From Bacteroidota bacterium (lineage in GTDB: Bacteria; Bacteroidota; Bacteroidia; Bacteroidales; VadinHA17), in assembly GCA_016718875.1 (NCBI GenBank), contig JADKBL010000014.1, positions 6,524 through 70,523 on the forward strand: DNA of 64,000 nucleotides. Direction: 5' to 3'. Positions within the stretch are counted from its first letter, which is position 1. Each line of letters begins with the position of its first letter. Below are positions 34,242-43,624 of this stretch, in pieces. The position numbers and the translations under genes were made by a program. The notes beneath the pieces are model-generated. The model saw only the letters and a program-made list of their open reading frames with translations, was not told where the DNA came from and did no database searches.

Positions 34242-35306
34242 ATGAGATATCATAACCGGCGTAACTTCCTTAAAGCCAATGCTGCTTTAGGACTTGGAGC
34301 AATAGCCACAGGAATTGGCTTAACTCAATCATGTTCCGGCAACAATAATATGTCTGATTCAGGAGATCATCATCCGGTTGATCTCCTTTCAAAATACCAG
34401 GAATGCCTTGGCGGACCATTTCCTGATCCTGTACCGCTTAATCCTGTTCTGAGAGAAACAATTCAGAAAGATGGATATCGCATAGAATCCATTACTTATG
34501 AAGCTCTCCCCGGCGACAGGATCCCAGCACTTATTCTTATCCCTGATATTGTATCATCCTCCAATCCTGCACCAGGGATTGCAGTTTGGCATCAGCATAA
34601 CGGAGAGTATCACCTTGGAAAAACAGAACCTGCCGGTCTTGCCGGAAATCCCATGCACCATACTGCGGTGGCCCTTGTACGGGAAGGATATGTAGTGCTG
34701 TGCCCCGATTCACTTTGCTTCGAGGAACGCCAGGACCCAACAGGAATTCTGAAAAGAGGCGATTATGAACGCTTCGAGTTCCTGAGAGAAGTGGTGAGGG
34801 GACGTTCACTCGCGTGGAGAGATGTTCTTGATATGAAAACATCTGTATCATACCTGAGCCAGAGACCAGAGGTAATTCCGGAAAAGCTGGGATGTTACGG
34901 TCATTCAATGGGCTCAACACATGCATGGCTTGCCGGACCACTCGAACCCCGGCTCAAATGTGTAATAGGTAATTGCTGCCTCCCGACTTATGATGCAATA
35001 GAAGAAACTCATATTCTGCATTGTTTCCCCAATTTTGTCCCGGGCTGGAAACAATATGGCGATACTCCTGATATAGCTGCTCTCATAGCTCCACGGGCCC
35101 TTCATCTTAACTTTGGTGAAAAAGATACGGGCAGTCCGGTTGAATTTGTTAAAACCGGTCTGACAAGAATTGCTGAAGCATATAAAAAAGCGGGAGCTCC
35201 TGAAAATTTCACTTCCTATATTGAACCCGGAGCTGAACATGTTCTGTCAGATGCAATGTGGCAACATGTTAAAGAGTGTTTTGCAAAGCACCTGAAAACA
35301 GCTTAA
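34242..35306 (+). CDS. alpha/beta hydrolase (dienelactone hydrolase/esterase-like) with Tat signal
   Basis: RRNFLKANAALGLGA twin-arginine motif and GHSMGS nucleophile elbow. Confidence 0.7.
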   Translation: MRYHNRRNFLKANAALGLGAIATGIGLTQSCSGNNNMSDSGDHHPVDLLSKYQECLGGPFPDPVPLNPVLRETIQKDGYRIESITYEALPGDRIPALILIPDIVSSSNPAPGIAVWHQHNGEYHLGKTEPAGLAGNPMHHTAVALVREGYVVLCPDSLCFEERQDPTGILKRGDYERFEFLREVVRGRSLAWRDVLDMKTSVSYLSQRPEVIPEKLGCYGHSMGSTHAWLAGPLEPRLKCVIGNCCLPTYDAIEETHILHCFPNFVPGWKQYGDTPDIAALIAPRALHLNFGEKDTGSPVEFVKTGLTRIAEAYKKAGAPENFTSYIEPGAEHVLSDAMWQHVKECFAKHLKTA

Positions 35307-35321
35307 TCCCTGGTGATACTT

Positions 35322-35362
35322 TGTCACAAAAAGAAAACCCTCCTATGCTAAAGCTTAGGAGG
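35322..35362 (-). terminator. Intrinsic terminator downstream of the tRNA-like gene
   Basis: The stem cctccta/taggagg (35339-35345 / 35356-35362) is followed on the minus strand by GTTTTCTTTTT. No T-run follows on the plus strand. Confidence 0.55.
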
Positions 35363-35368
35363 AGAAGG

Positions 35369-35447
35369 TGAGTTGCACTGGAGTCAGAACCCCAGTGACC
35401 CCTACCCCTGTCAAGGTAATGCTCTAAACCAACTGAGCTAACAACCC
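35369..35447 (-). tRNA. tRNA-Val(GAC)-like gene with non-canonical loops (aberrant tRNA or pseudogene)
   Basis: GGGTTGT-TA-GCTC-AGTTGGTTTA-GAGC-A-TTACC-TTGACAGG-GGTAG-GGGTC-ACTGG-GGTTCTGACT-CCAGT-GCAACTC-A. The acceptor, D and stem pairings are intact. The anticodon loop is 8 nt and the T loop is 10 nt. Confidence 0.55.
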
Positions 35448-35456
35448 TTATTGCCG

Positions 35457-35464
35457 CAAAAATA
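35457..35464 (-). promoter_or_regulatory. -7 box TATTTTTG upstream of the tRNA-like gene
   Basis: Exact TAnnTTTG on the minus strand, ending 9 nt before the first G of the acceptor stem. Confidence 0.4.
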
Positions 35465-35533
35465 ATAATTTAATCCAATCAATTTGATAACAATAAATAG
35501 ATTGTTTAATTTCGATATTCAATTTATTAAGAA

Positions 35534-35583
35534 ATTGATTTTCTTCGCTCCCCCTGGGGTCGGGGTAAACTAAGAAAATCAAT
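35534..35583 (+). repeat. 12-bp inverted repeat with a GC-rich loop upstream of the AIM24-like gene
   Basis: attgattttctt ... aagaaaatcaat. The loop is cgctccccctggggtcggggtaaact. Confidence 0.5.
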
Positions 35584-35629
35584 CTTCAAATATTTTTCAG
35601 AACTTAAACCCTTTTAATTGATCGAAATT

Positions 35630-36394
35630 ATGATATCACACGAAATTGATTATAAGATTTTCGGCGACGACATCCAGTTTGTTGAGATTGAACTTGATCC
35701 GAGAGAAACTGTCATAGCAGAAGCCGGAACGATGGTTTATATGGAGCAGGGCATCACCTTTGAAGTAAAGATGGGTGATGGTTCATCACCCGACCAGGGC
35801 TTGATGGGAAAACTGTTCCAGGCTGGCTCCAGAATTATTACAGGTGAATCACTCTTCCTTACCCATTTTACAAATAATGGAAACGGGAAAAGCAGGGTAG
35901 CCTTTGCTGCACCTTATCCCGGAACTATTATCCCTGTCGATCTGAGGCAGATAAGGAACAGCCTGATAGTTCAAAAGGATGGATTCCTCTGTGCTGCAAT
36001 GGGCACAAAACTTTCCGTTACACTGAACAAGAGAATCGGCGCAGGACTGCTGGGAGGCGAAGGCTTTATCCTTCAGAAACTTGAAGGTGATGGCAAAGCG
36101 TTTATCCACGCAGGTGGAACTGTTATTGAAAAACAGCTCAATAACGAAACCCTTCGTATTGATACCGGCTGTGTAGTTGCCTTCGAACCAACACTCGATT
36201 TTGACATTGAAGCAACAGGGAGCCTTAAATCGATGGTCTTCGGTGGAGAGGGATTATTCCTTGCTATTATGAGGGGTATTGGTAAGGTGTGGCTCCAGTC
36301 GATGCCAATCAGAAAGCTTATACGTGCTCTTGCCCCATACGGAAGGAACAGGGGAAAAGAGGGAAGTTCAATCCTGGGCAGTTTCCTGGAATAG
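35630..36394 (+). CDS. TIGR00266/AIM24-family protein
   Basis: [32 protein letters not shown] and [14 protein letters not shown], typical of the family. The ATG at 35630 is preferred to the TTG at 35618. Confidence 0.75.
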   Translation: MISHEIDYKIFGDDIQFVEIELDPRETVIAEAGTMVYMEQGITFEVKMGDGSSPDQGLMGKLFQAGSRIITGESLFLTHFTNNGNGKSRVAFAAPYPGTIIPVDLRQIRNSLIVQKDGFLCAAMGTKLSVTLNKRIGAGLLGGEGFILQKLEGDGKAFIHAGGTVIEKQLNNETLRIDTGCVVAFEPTLDFDIEATGSLKSMVFGGEGLFLAIMRGIGKVWLQSMPIRKLIRALAPYGRNRGKEGSSILGSFLE

Positions 36395-36395
36395 A

Positions 36396-37841
36396 CTAAT
36401 ACACCGCTTTCAACACCCAGACATACTTTGAAGGAGGATTATTCCTTACTTTTTCAGGCATTGTGACACTGAATCCGGTTTCAGTTTTACTCCATTTCAA
36501 CGTAGTTCCTGTCCCGCACATACTTACTTTTGCTCCTTTGGGCAGGGAAAATTTTGTCATCCCTATCTGTGATGGCATTTTTTCCCCATCCTCAGCCAGG
36601 TAGTATATATAAATTGTATTATTCCCTTTTTTTGATATGCAGACCTTGCCTTCCTTATAGGGTTCCAGTGCACGGGTGCCATATATTGCCTCTCCGTTAA
36701 CTTTCATCCAGCTCCCCATATCCTCAAGGAGCTTATAGGCCTCATCGTGCCACTGTCCCTTTGGTCCGGGACCAATATTCAGTAAAAGATTACCGCCTTT
36801 AATTACAATATCAACCAGCATGTGTACAGCTTCAGTACTTGTAATATATTTAGCATCCGGCTTCCATGACCAGCTCTCTCCGGCAACTATACATGATTCC
36901 CAGGGATATGGCAAAGCATGATCCGGAACCCTGTTCTCAGGAGTAAGGTAATTCTGATTCTTGCCATATACTGCCCTGTCTACTACAATCATCCCGGGTT
37001 GCTTCTCCCTTACTTTCGTAACCAGCTCATCCATCCTGATATCCTGACTCTGTATTCTGGCAAAATTATAACCCGGTGATTGAATATGCCGTCTTATGTC
37101 CTCTTTTGACATTTTCTGAACCTGTCCCCCGTCGAGCCATAGAATATCAAGCTTTCCATAATCACCTCCTGTCAGTTCCATTATCTGCCCATGTGTGAAC
37201 TGTACAAAATTTTCCCATCTCTCAGGATATTTTGAAATATCATAGTTGGGATTTCTGTCTGGGGTCGCAAAATTTGGCCACCAGTAGTATTCACTGTGCC
37301 AGTCGGGCTTGGAAAAATATGCCCCGGCCCATAATCCCTCAGCCCTGAAAGCATTGAATACCTCTTTGGCAATATTAGATTTAGGATTTGTATGAAAAGG
37401 TGTTTTCGGACTTGTAATCCTGTAGTCGGTCAGCTTTGTATCAAACATGCTGAAGCCATCATGATGTTTGGTGGTAAAAACCACATATTTCATCCCTGCA
37501 TTCTTTGCGGCTTTTGCCCATCGTACCGGATCAAAATCCACCGGATTAAATGTAGTCTGCAGGTTTTCATAATCCCTTTTGTATTCAACATAATTGGGAT
37601 TGTCTCTTCTGCACCAGGCTTCATCTTCCGCACATATTGACCATGATTCTACAATTCCCCACTGGCTGTATGTGCCCCAGTGCATAAGAAGTCCGAATTT
37701 CAGATCCTGCCATTCCCCGAGTTTTTTTAATACAAGAGGATCGGTTTCAGGTACATATCTTTCATCTTCCTGGGCAGATAAAGATGCGATGTTGACCCAT
37801 AAAAGAACAATAAGAATCAACTTTCCGAATTTTAGATTCAT
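36396..37841 (-). CDS. alpha-L-fucosidase, GH29 (second copy)
   Basis: Signal peptide, KFGLLMHWGTYSQWG and KYVVFTTKHHDGFSMFDT. Confidence 0.85.
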   Translation of the reverse strand: MNLKFGKLILIVLLWVNIASLSAQEDERYVPETDPLVLKKLGEWQDLKFGLLMHWGTYSQWGIVESWSICAEDEAWCRRDNPNYVEYKRDYENLQTTFNPVDFDPVRWAKAAKNAGMKYVVFTTKHHDGFSMFDTKLTDYRITSPKTPFHTNPKSNIAKEVFNAFRAEGLWAGAYFSKPDWHSEYYWWPNFATPDRNPNYDISKYPERWENFVQFTHGQIMELTGGDYGKLDILWLDGGQVQKMSKEDIRRHIQSPGYNFARIQSQDIRMDELVTKVREKQPGMIVVDRAVYGKNQNYLTPENRVPDHALPYPWESCIVAGESWSWKPDAKYITSTEAVHMLVDIVIKGGNLLLNIGPGPKGQWHDEAYKLLEDMGSWMKVNGEAIYGTRALEPYKEGKVCISKKGNNTIYIYYLAEDGEKMPSQIGMTKFSLPKGAKVSMCGTGTTLKWSKTETGFSVTMPEKVRNNPPSKYVWVLKAVY

Positions 37842-37857
37842 ATGGATACTTTTTTAA

Positions 37858-38985
37858 TTATGAAAAATCAAACCCCGAGATATAAGCAGGTGCATCATAG
37901 AAGACCTCTTTATCCAAATCAGTCATATTGATGAACTTTGTATAAACCAGTCCGGGTTTGGCATTCAGCATCCTGTTAAGCGCACCCATTTTTACCCCGG
38001 TCCTGATCTTATCATAAAGATCGCTTCGGTCATCAAGCCATGTCAGGCCAGTGTTGAATCCTTCCCGTGCGCAGGCTGTTTCAAAAAGAGGAGCAAGAAG
38101 ATCTTCATGACCTGTTGTGCAATATATAGAATCAAAAACCAGGTATCTGAACTCCCCCGGACGAAATAACCTCCTGAAATAAGGCATCTTTGGCAGAATT
38201 TTCATCATAACCCAACCCCATACACCCGGAATATCATATACTTTATAGGATGTTGGTATTGCACAGACTCCTGCAAGAATTTCGTCCCCTTCCTTAAGTA
38301 CATAATATTTATCGCCATGAAATGAATAGGCGGTAGTAAAAAAAGAATAACTCCTGTAGAAATCATTGAGAAGCTTTTCCATTTCTGATTTCCCGGAAGC
38401 GGGAAGAATTGAAACCCTCTCGTCGGATTTTGGTGAAAAGCGGCTGAAAGCAAGAGTTAGGAATGAGCGGATATATTCATACCCGGCCTGATGTACAATA
38501 TTCTTTGACCTTTCATTCTTGCTTTCCAGAAAGGCATACATGATATGTTTGTCTCCCTCAAAAACTTCATCCAGTTCCAGAAGATGAGGCTTACTGAATA
38601 TTTCAAGTGTCTTCTGCTTGAAATTGTCATCCTTTTCATGGTTTATCAGAGGATGTGTCCTCTTTCTCCAGTCGGGTGCTGACTGGTAGGTTGACTGAAA
38701 AGCCAGGTAACGAAGATAAGATGAAGGATATCTGAGTCTCCCCTGACCTGAAATCCGGTAGCATGATCCTACGGTTCCGGTTATCTGATTCTTTTTATAA
38801 AGGGAAATAAATCGGATCTGATCTTTGTATGCAGCTATTCTGGAAGCAATATTTGAGAGTGAAAACCTTAATCCGCCTTCCGACCCCTGGACTGCATGAT
38901 TAAGAATATCAAGAATACCTTCATTGGCATGATCAGTAACTCTTACCTCCAGTCCCTGAAACGTGAATAAACTCCTTTCAAACAT
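37858..38985 (-). CDS. hypothetical protein (about 375 aa, no recognised domain)
   Basis: Long ORF with coding-like composition. The ATG at 38985 (MFERSLF) is preferred to the TTG at 39027, which overlaps the upstream gene. Confidence 0.55.
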   Translation of the reverse strand: MFERSLFTFQGLEVRVTDHANEGILDILNHAVQGSEGGLRFSLSNIASRIAAYKDQIRFISLYKKNQITGTVGSCYRISGQGRLRYPSSYLRYLAFQSTYQSAPDWRKRTHPLINHEKDDNFKQKTLEIFSKPHLLELDEVFEGDKHIMYAFLESKNERSKNIVHQAGYEYIRSFLTLAFSRFSPKSDERVSILPASGKSEMEKLLNDFYRSYSFFTTAYSFHGDKYYVLKEGDEILAGVCAIPTSYKVYDIPGVWGWVMMKILPKMPYFRRLFRPGEFRYLVFDSIYCTTGHEDLLAPLFETACAREGFNTGLTWLDDRSDLYDKIRTGVKMGALNRMLNAKPGLVYTKFINMTDLDKEVFYDAPAYISGFDFS

Positions 38986-39004
38986 TTTTTCCGGGGCTCT
39001 TAGT

Positions 39005-39757
39005 TTATTTAGTGTCCAGGCTGCCAAATACTCGCTGAAGCAAAGGTGAAATACGGGCTGAAACGTTTTTTCTGATCTTAAGCTCTTCTGCCTCGGTCTT
39101 CAGGAAAATGCCATCAAGTGCTTTTTTTGTCAGATAATCATTAAGGTCGGTATTTACAGGTTTCAGATTGGCAAGTCTGCCGGCTACAGAGTTGGCAAGA
39201 CTGTTCCATTTCCCTGTCAGAGTGGTCCACGAATCCATTGTGGAAATATTGCCAACGAGGTCTTTATCTGTTGATGCCTGTATTTTAGGCTTATAAAGCG
39301 AGTACAACTCAGTATATGTTGTATTTTTCAGATAGGATGTTGCGGCATTATCAGTTCCCCTCAGGATATTAAAAGCATCTTTTACTGTCATCTGCCTTAT
39401 GCTGTTTTCAAATACCGGTGCTGCATCTTTGGCAGCATCCTCTGCTGCCCTGTTAATCCTTAGAATAACATCTTCAACAAGCTTGTCTCCTCCTGGTATC
39501 TTTGAAATATTATCGACTATTACCCTGGCCTCTTCAGGAAGAAGTATCTTCACTGCCATGTCTCCAAAGTATCCATTTTCAGCAGATAAAATACCGGAAG
39601 AATTTTTAGCTCCGGTAATTAGTGCTTCCTTAAGCCCTCTTGCTACTTCATCTTCGGTAAGAGGAGCCGGAACTGAGGTCTGCATAACATTCATCAGCTC
39701 TGCGCATGCTGTTAATAAAATAACAGCAAATACGGGCAATAGGTATTTCTTCTTCAT
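39005..39757 (-). CDS. DUF4197 lipoprotein
   Basis: MKKKYLLPVFAVILLTAC lipobox, with GLKEAL..G......L and ...LLQRVFG typical of DUF4197. Confidence 0.75.
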   Translation of the reverse strand: MKKKYLLPVFAVILLTACAELMNVMQTSVPAPLTEDEVARGLKEALITGAKNSSGILSAENGYFGDMAVKILLPEEARVIVDNISKIPGGDKLVEDVILRINRAAEDAAKDAAPVFENSIRQMTVKDAFNILRGTDNAATSYLKNTTYTELYSLYKPKIQASTDKDLVGNISTMDSWTTLTGKWNSLANSVAGRLANLKPVNTDLNDYLTKKALDGIFLKTEAEELKIRKNVSARISPLLQRVFGSLDTK

Positions 39758-39780
39758 ATAATTCTTCCTAAAGCACTAAA

Positions 39781-40452
39781 TCAGGAAAATAATGGCAGCA
39801 ATGCCTTTGAAATAACAAGATCCTCCGGATTTGTGATCTTGATATTTTCTCTGTTGCCTTCAACAAGATTAATCTTCTCACCTATGTTTTCAAGCACTGT
39901 GGCATCATCCGTAAATTCACATTTGTAATCCTGCCTGTAGGCTTTTTTCAGCAAACTGGCATTAAATACCTGCGGTGTCTGAATCTGCCTTACCTGCAAT
40001 CTGTTTATCGGATGGCTTCCATCATCTGTTACCATTCTGAGTGACTCTGCAACCGTAATAGCTGGAATTGCATTGCCAAGCTTTTCTGCTGTATCAAAAC
40101 ATTTCTTAATTGTTTCAATAGTTACAAAAGGCCGAACCCCGTCATGTATTGCCACTAATCCAGTTTCGTTCACAAATTGAAGTCCGTTCCTTACAGAATA
40201 AAATCTGGCCGACCCTCCTTTTACAAGAGTCTGAGGGACTGAGAATTTATATTTAGCCTGGAGTTCAACCCAGTGACGGAGCTGGTTCTCAGGCAGTACC
40301 GTGATTATCTCGATTGATTCATTAAAAGATTTAAATCTTTCAATGGTATGCATCAAAACAGGTCTTCCTGCCAGCTCAAGGAACTGCTTGGGCACTTCAG
40401 CACCCATTCTTTTTCCGCTTCCTCCCGCAACAATAACAACGTATAACTGCAT
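39781..40452 (-). CDS. ispD: 2-C-methyl-D-erythritol 4-phosphate cytidylyltransferase
   Basis: VIVAGGSGKRMGAEVPKQFL and VAIHDGVRPFV. Confidence 0.9.
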   Translation of the reverse strand: MQLYVVIVAGGSGKRMGAEVPKQFLELAGRPVLMHTIERFKSFNESIEIITVLPENQLRHWVELQAKYKFSVPQTLVKGGSARFYSVRNGLQFVNETGLVAIHDGVRPFVTIETIKKCFDTAEKLGNAIPAITVAESLRMVTDDGSHPINRLQVRQIQTPQVFNASLLKKAYRQDYKCEFTDDATVLENIGEKINLVEGNRENIKITNPEDLVISKALLPLFS

Positions 40453-40490
40453 ATATATGTGTATGTTATCCTTATAAATTCCTCAAACCA

Positions 40491-40542
40491 GCCTCCCCTT
40501 GGGCCTGCGCCGAGCGAAGCCTCGGTGGGGGTTGGGGGGTGC
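40491..40542. repeat. GC-rich intergenic element
   Basis: gcctccccttgggcctgcgccgagcgaagcctcggtgggggttggggggtgc contains the ccgag/ctcgg hairpin and G-runs. It lies directly after the ligase stop codon. Confidence 0.4.
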
Positions 40543-40544
40543 TA

Positions 40545-42197
40545 TTATTCTTTCGTATACAAAAACCTTTTAATACTTCTCTTTGGTGTTTTCACAAACT
40601 CTTCAGGATGTTCCCTGTATTTAGTCACAACCATGAATTCCGGAAGCCTTTCATTTACCTCTTTCCTGGTCTGCTCCAGCATTGCCAGAAACTGCTCATC
40701 AGAAATATTATCTTTCTTCAACATCTCATAGTCGGGGTAAACAAGGGCAACCAGTTTATTATCTTCAGATATCACCAGTGATTCAACAATGTAATTCTTA
40801 TTATTTATCATCGATTCAATCTCTTCAGGATAGATGTTCTTTCCCGAAGGGCCAAGTATCATACTTTTACTTCTCCCTTTTATATAAATATTACCATCCT
40901 TGTCTATTACGCCAAGGTCGCCTGTATGCATCCACCCTTTGCTGTCAATCATCTCACTGGTGGCTTTCTCATTCTTGTAGTATCCCAGCATGACATTTTC
41001 TCCACGGAGTATAATCTCTCCTACAATCTTTTCAGGATCAGGAGAATCAATTTTCACTTCGAGTGTATCGACAGACTTACCTGAAGCACCTAATTTTGTT
41101 TTATCCCATGATCTGTAACTGATCAATGGTCCGCATTCAGTCATACCATATCCAACAGTAAACCTGAATCCTATCTTCCGGAAAAATTTCTCAGCATCTG
41201 CATTAAAGGCAGCACCTCCGATAACAACCTCCTTAAAGCGGCCACCAAATGTGTCTACAAGCTTCTCTCTTATTTTTTTGTGAAGAAGTATATTAATACC
41301 GGGTATTGCGAGAAGAAACTTCATTTTGGGCTGGCTGATGACAGGAAGAAGTTGCTTCTTGTAAATCTTTTCAATCACCAGAGGTACCGACAGTATAAGT
41401 CTTGGCCTTATCTCCTTGAAAGCCTGGATCAGAATCTGTGGTGAAGGTGTCTTTGTAAGTATTGTAATGTGACAGCCATATGTGAAGGGAAAGAGAAATT
41501 CGAATGCACATCCGTATGTATGTGCAAGGGGAAGAAATGAAACAACAGGATCTCCCGATTCAAGAGGCATATTCTTCTGTGCATACCTTACATTACATGC
41601 AAGGCTGTTATGTGTAATCATAACACCCTTTGAGAACCCGGTGGTCCCGGAAGTATAGCTGATTACTGCAAGCTTGTCATTTGAGATGTCAGAGAATTTT
41701 ACATCCTCCTGGTTCAGGTCGGGATATGCTTTTGAATATTTCTCATCAACAGTATTGAAGGCATCCTTCACAGCATGGCTGACAGAGGTTATAAGTCTGA
41801 AATCGTCGAGTGAGAGAACTCCTGCTACAGCTGGCATCTTGCTGATGTCAAGTGTCTCAAAGATTTTATCGTCAGCAAGTAATAACTTTGAATCGGAATG
41901 ATTGATAATGTTAGTAAGATCATCAGGTTTAAAGTCAGGAAGAACTGGCACAATAACAGCACCGTATGTAACTGTTGCCAGATAGGTAATGCACCAGTTT
42001 GCTGAGTTCCTTCCTACAAGTGCTATTTTGTCTCCTTCCTCAATGCCTGAGCCTTTAAAGAGGATATGCATCTTAAGTATTTTCTCGGCTATTCTCCTGT
42101 ATGAATACCCCGGTTCCTTGTAATTCGATAAAGCTTCAATTCTCCAGTTCTTTTTGATGCTTTGTTCGATGTACCCGATTAATCTTTCCTGGATCAT
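40545..42197 (-). CDS. long-chain-fatty-acid--CoA ligase (AMP-binding family)
   Basis: AMP motif YTSGTTGFSKGVMITH, plus GYGMTE and TGDLG. Confidence 0.85.
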   Translation of the reverse strand: MIQERLIGYIEQSIKKNWRIEALSNYKEPGYSYRRIAEKILKMHILFKGSGIEEGDKIALVGRNSANWCITYLATVTYGAVIVPVLPDFKPDDLTNIINHSDSKLLLADDKIFETLDISKMPAVAGVLSLDDFRLITSVSHAVKDAFNTVDEKYSKAYPDLNQEDVKFSDISNDKLAVISYTSGTTGFSKGVMITHNSLACNVRYAQKNMPLESGDPVVSFLPLAHTYGCAFEFLFPFTYGCHITILTKTPSPQILIQAFKEIRPRLILSVPLVIEKIYKKQLLPVISQPKMKFLLAIPGINILLHKKIREKLVDTFGGRFKEVVIGGAAFNADAEKFFRKIGFRFTVGYGMTECGPLISYRSWDKTKLGASGKSVDTLEVKIDSPDPEKIVGEIILRGENVMLGYYKNEKATSEMIDSKGWMHTGDLGVIDKDGNIYIKGRSKSMILGPSGKNIYPEEIESMINNKNYIVESLVISEDNKLVALVYPDYEMLKKDNISDEQFLAMLEQTRKEVNERLPEFMVVTKYREHPEEFVKTPKRSIKRFLYTKE

Positions 42198-42210
42198 AAA
42201 CTATAGTTTT

Positions 42211-42597
42211 TTAAATGAAATACATTACTAAAAGGGCGATTATTGAAAGCATATTTACGATAGTGAAAAAGTAATTATAGCCTTCTCTTTTTTTAGCAAA
42301 CTGTCCAAGTTTTCTGGCAAATATCCCGATAGTGGGAACAAACAGGACCAGCAGGAAGGCAAAAAACTCTATCCCGAAAAAGACCTTTTCAAGTCCTCCG
42401 TTTACGAGTGTCGACATATAAATAATAATCAGCAAAACCAGAAGGTAAAAAAGATAACTCCCTTTCAGAAGAAGAGTTGATACCAGTCTGCGTTTATGCA
42501 ACTGATGAGGTTTCAGATAAGCATATGCCAGGGCAAAAACAATTATTATAAATACTACTCCGAGAATGTGATTAAGAATTTCAATAAAATTCGCCAT
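42211..42597 (-). CDS. hypothetical membrane protein (4 predicted TM helices)
   Basis: 128-aa hydrophobic ORF packed tightly between neighbouring genes. Confidence 0.5.
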   Translation of the reverse strand: MANFIEILNHILGVVFIIIVFALAYAYLKPHQLHKRRLVSTLLLKGSYLFYLLVLLIIIYMSTLVNGGLEKVFFGIEFFAFLLVLFVPTIGIFARKLGQFAKKREGYNYFFTIVNMLSIIALLVMYFI

Positions 42598-42608
42598 GGC
42601 ATATATTA

Positions 42609-43583
42609 TTAGTTAGGTTCGCGGGAGGACCATACAAGAGAGCTGGCCCCCAGCACTGCTGCATTCTGTGTACTTAACTCGGATGCAAGCAGTTTAACCT
42701 TCCCCTTGTAAATGCTGAGAAGGTTTTCTTCCATATACTCCTTGGCCGGCTCAAATATCAGATCCTTTGCAAGAGCAAGCCCTCCGAAAAGAAATATTGC
42801 TTCAGGATTTGTATGGGCAACAACATCGGCCAGCTTGAAACCAAGCATCCTGCCGGTATGAGTAAAGGCTCTTTTTGCAATATAATCACCATTTAATGCC
42901 GCATCGTGGATCATCTTGGAATCGAGTTCCTCAAAACTGTATTTCCTGAGCTCACTGGGCTGAAGTGAGTCTGCCATTATCTTCAAAAGTGATCTTTTAA
43001 GACCTGTTGCAGAAACATATGTCTCAAGACACCCTTTTCTTCCGCATCCGCAATCGCGGTTCGATGGACCCGGCCGAATTGCCGTATGCCCTATCTCTCC
43101 GGCAAAACCATCATGACCATAAACCAGCTTGCCGTCAATAACGAAACCACTTCCAAGTCCTGTTCCAAGGGTAATAACAACGAAGTTTTTCATCCCCCTT
43201 GCACCGCCGTAGATCATCTCACCAACAGCAGCAGCATTGGCATCGTTTGTAACAATTACAGGAAGGTCTGTGTGCCTGTTGAAGATCTCTGCAAAAGGGA
43301 TAACTCCCTTAAAGGGCAGATCGGCAGCATGTTCAATGGTACCCTTGTTTATGTTTCCCATTGGGGCTCCTACACCGAAGCCAATTATATTTACGTCATT
43401 CCCCAGTTTATGGGCTGTTACCATTATCTTCTCATAGAGAGCTGCAATATATACCTCAACCTCTTCATAGTGAGCTGTCTTTATTGAGTCATCAGCGAGG
43501 ATCTTTCCATCCCTCTCAACGAAACCAAAAACAGTATTTGTGCCGCCAATATCTATACCGACTGCAACATCCTTTTTTGCCAT
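42609..43583 (-). CDS. ROK-family sugar kinase (paralogue 1)
   Basis: GIDIGGTNTVFG, NDANAAAVGE and the zinc motif CGCGRKGCLETYVS. Confidence 0.85.
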   Translation of the reverse strand: MAKKDVAVGIDIGGTNTVFGFVERDGKILADDSIKTAHYEEVEVYIAALYEKIMVTAHKLGNDVNIIGFGVGAPMGNINKGTIEHAADLPFKGVIPFAEIFNRHTDLPVIVTNDANAAAVGEMIYGGARGMKNFVVITLGTGLGSGFVIDGKLVYGHDGFAGEIGHTAIRPGPSNRDCGCGRKGCLETYVSATGLKRSLLKIMADSLQPSELRKYSFEELDSKMIHDAALNGDYIAKRAFTHTGRMLGFKLADVVAHTNPEAIFLFGGLALAKDLIFEPAKEYMEENLLSIYKGKVKLLASELSTQNAAVLGASSLVWSSREPN

Positions 43584-43624
43584 TTTATTATTTTTATCCT
43601 AATATAACTATGTCAGATTCTTCT

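Noticed and set aside
35369-35447. The 8-nt-anticodon-loop tRNA acting as a +1 frameshift suppressor that rescues the split genes in this window.
   Set aside because: An expanded GACA or UGAC anticodon would read UGUC or GUCA quadruplets. The frame switches inferred from protein continuity lie at GCU-CCC-G and GCU-UUU-A, which do not match. The only GUC-U in the Ig-like overlap region would skip a conserved segment. Homopolymer indels explain the breaks more simply.
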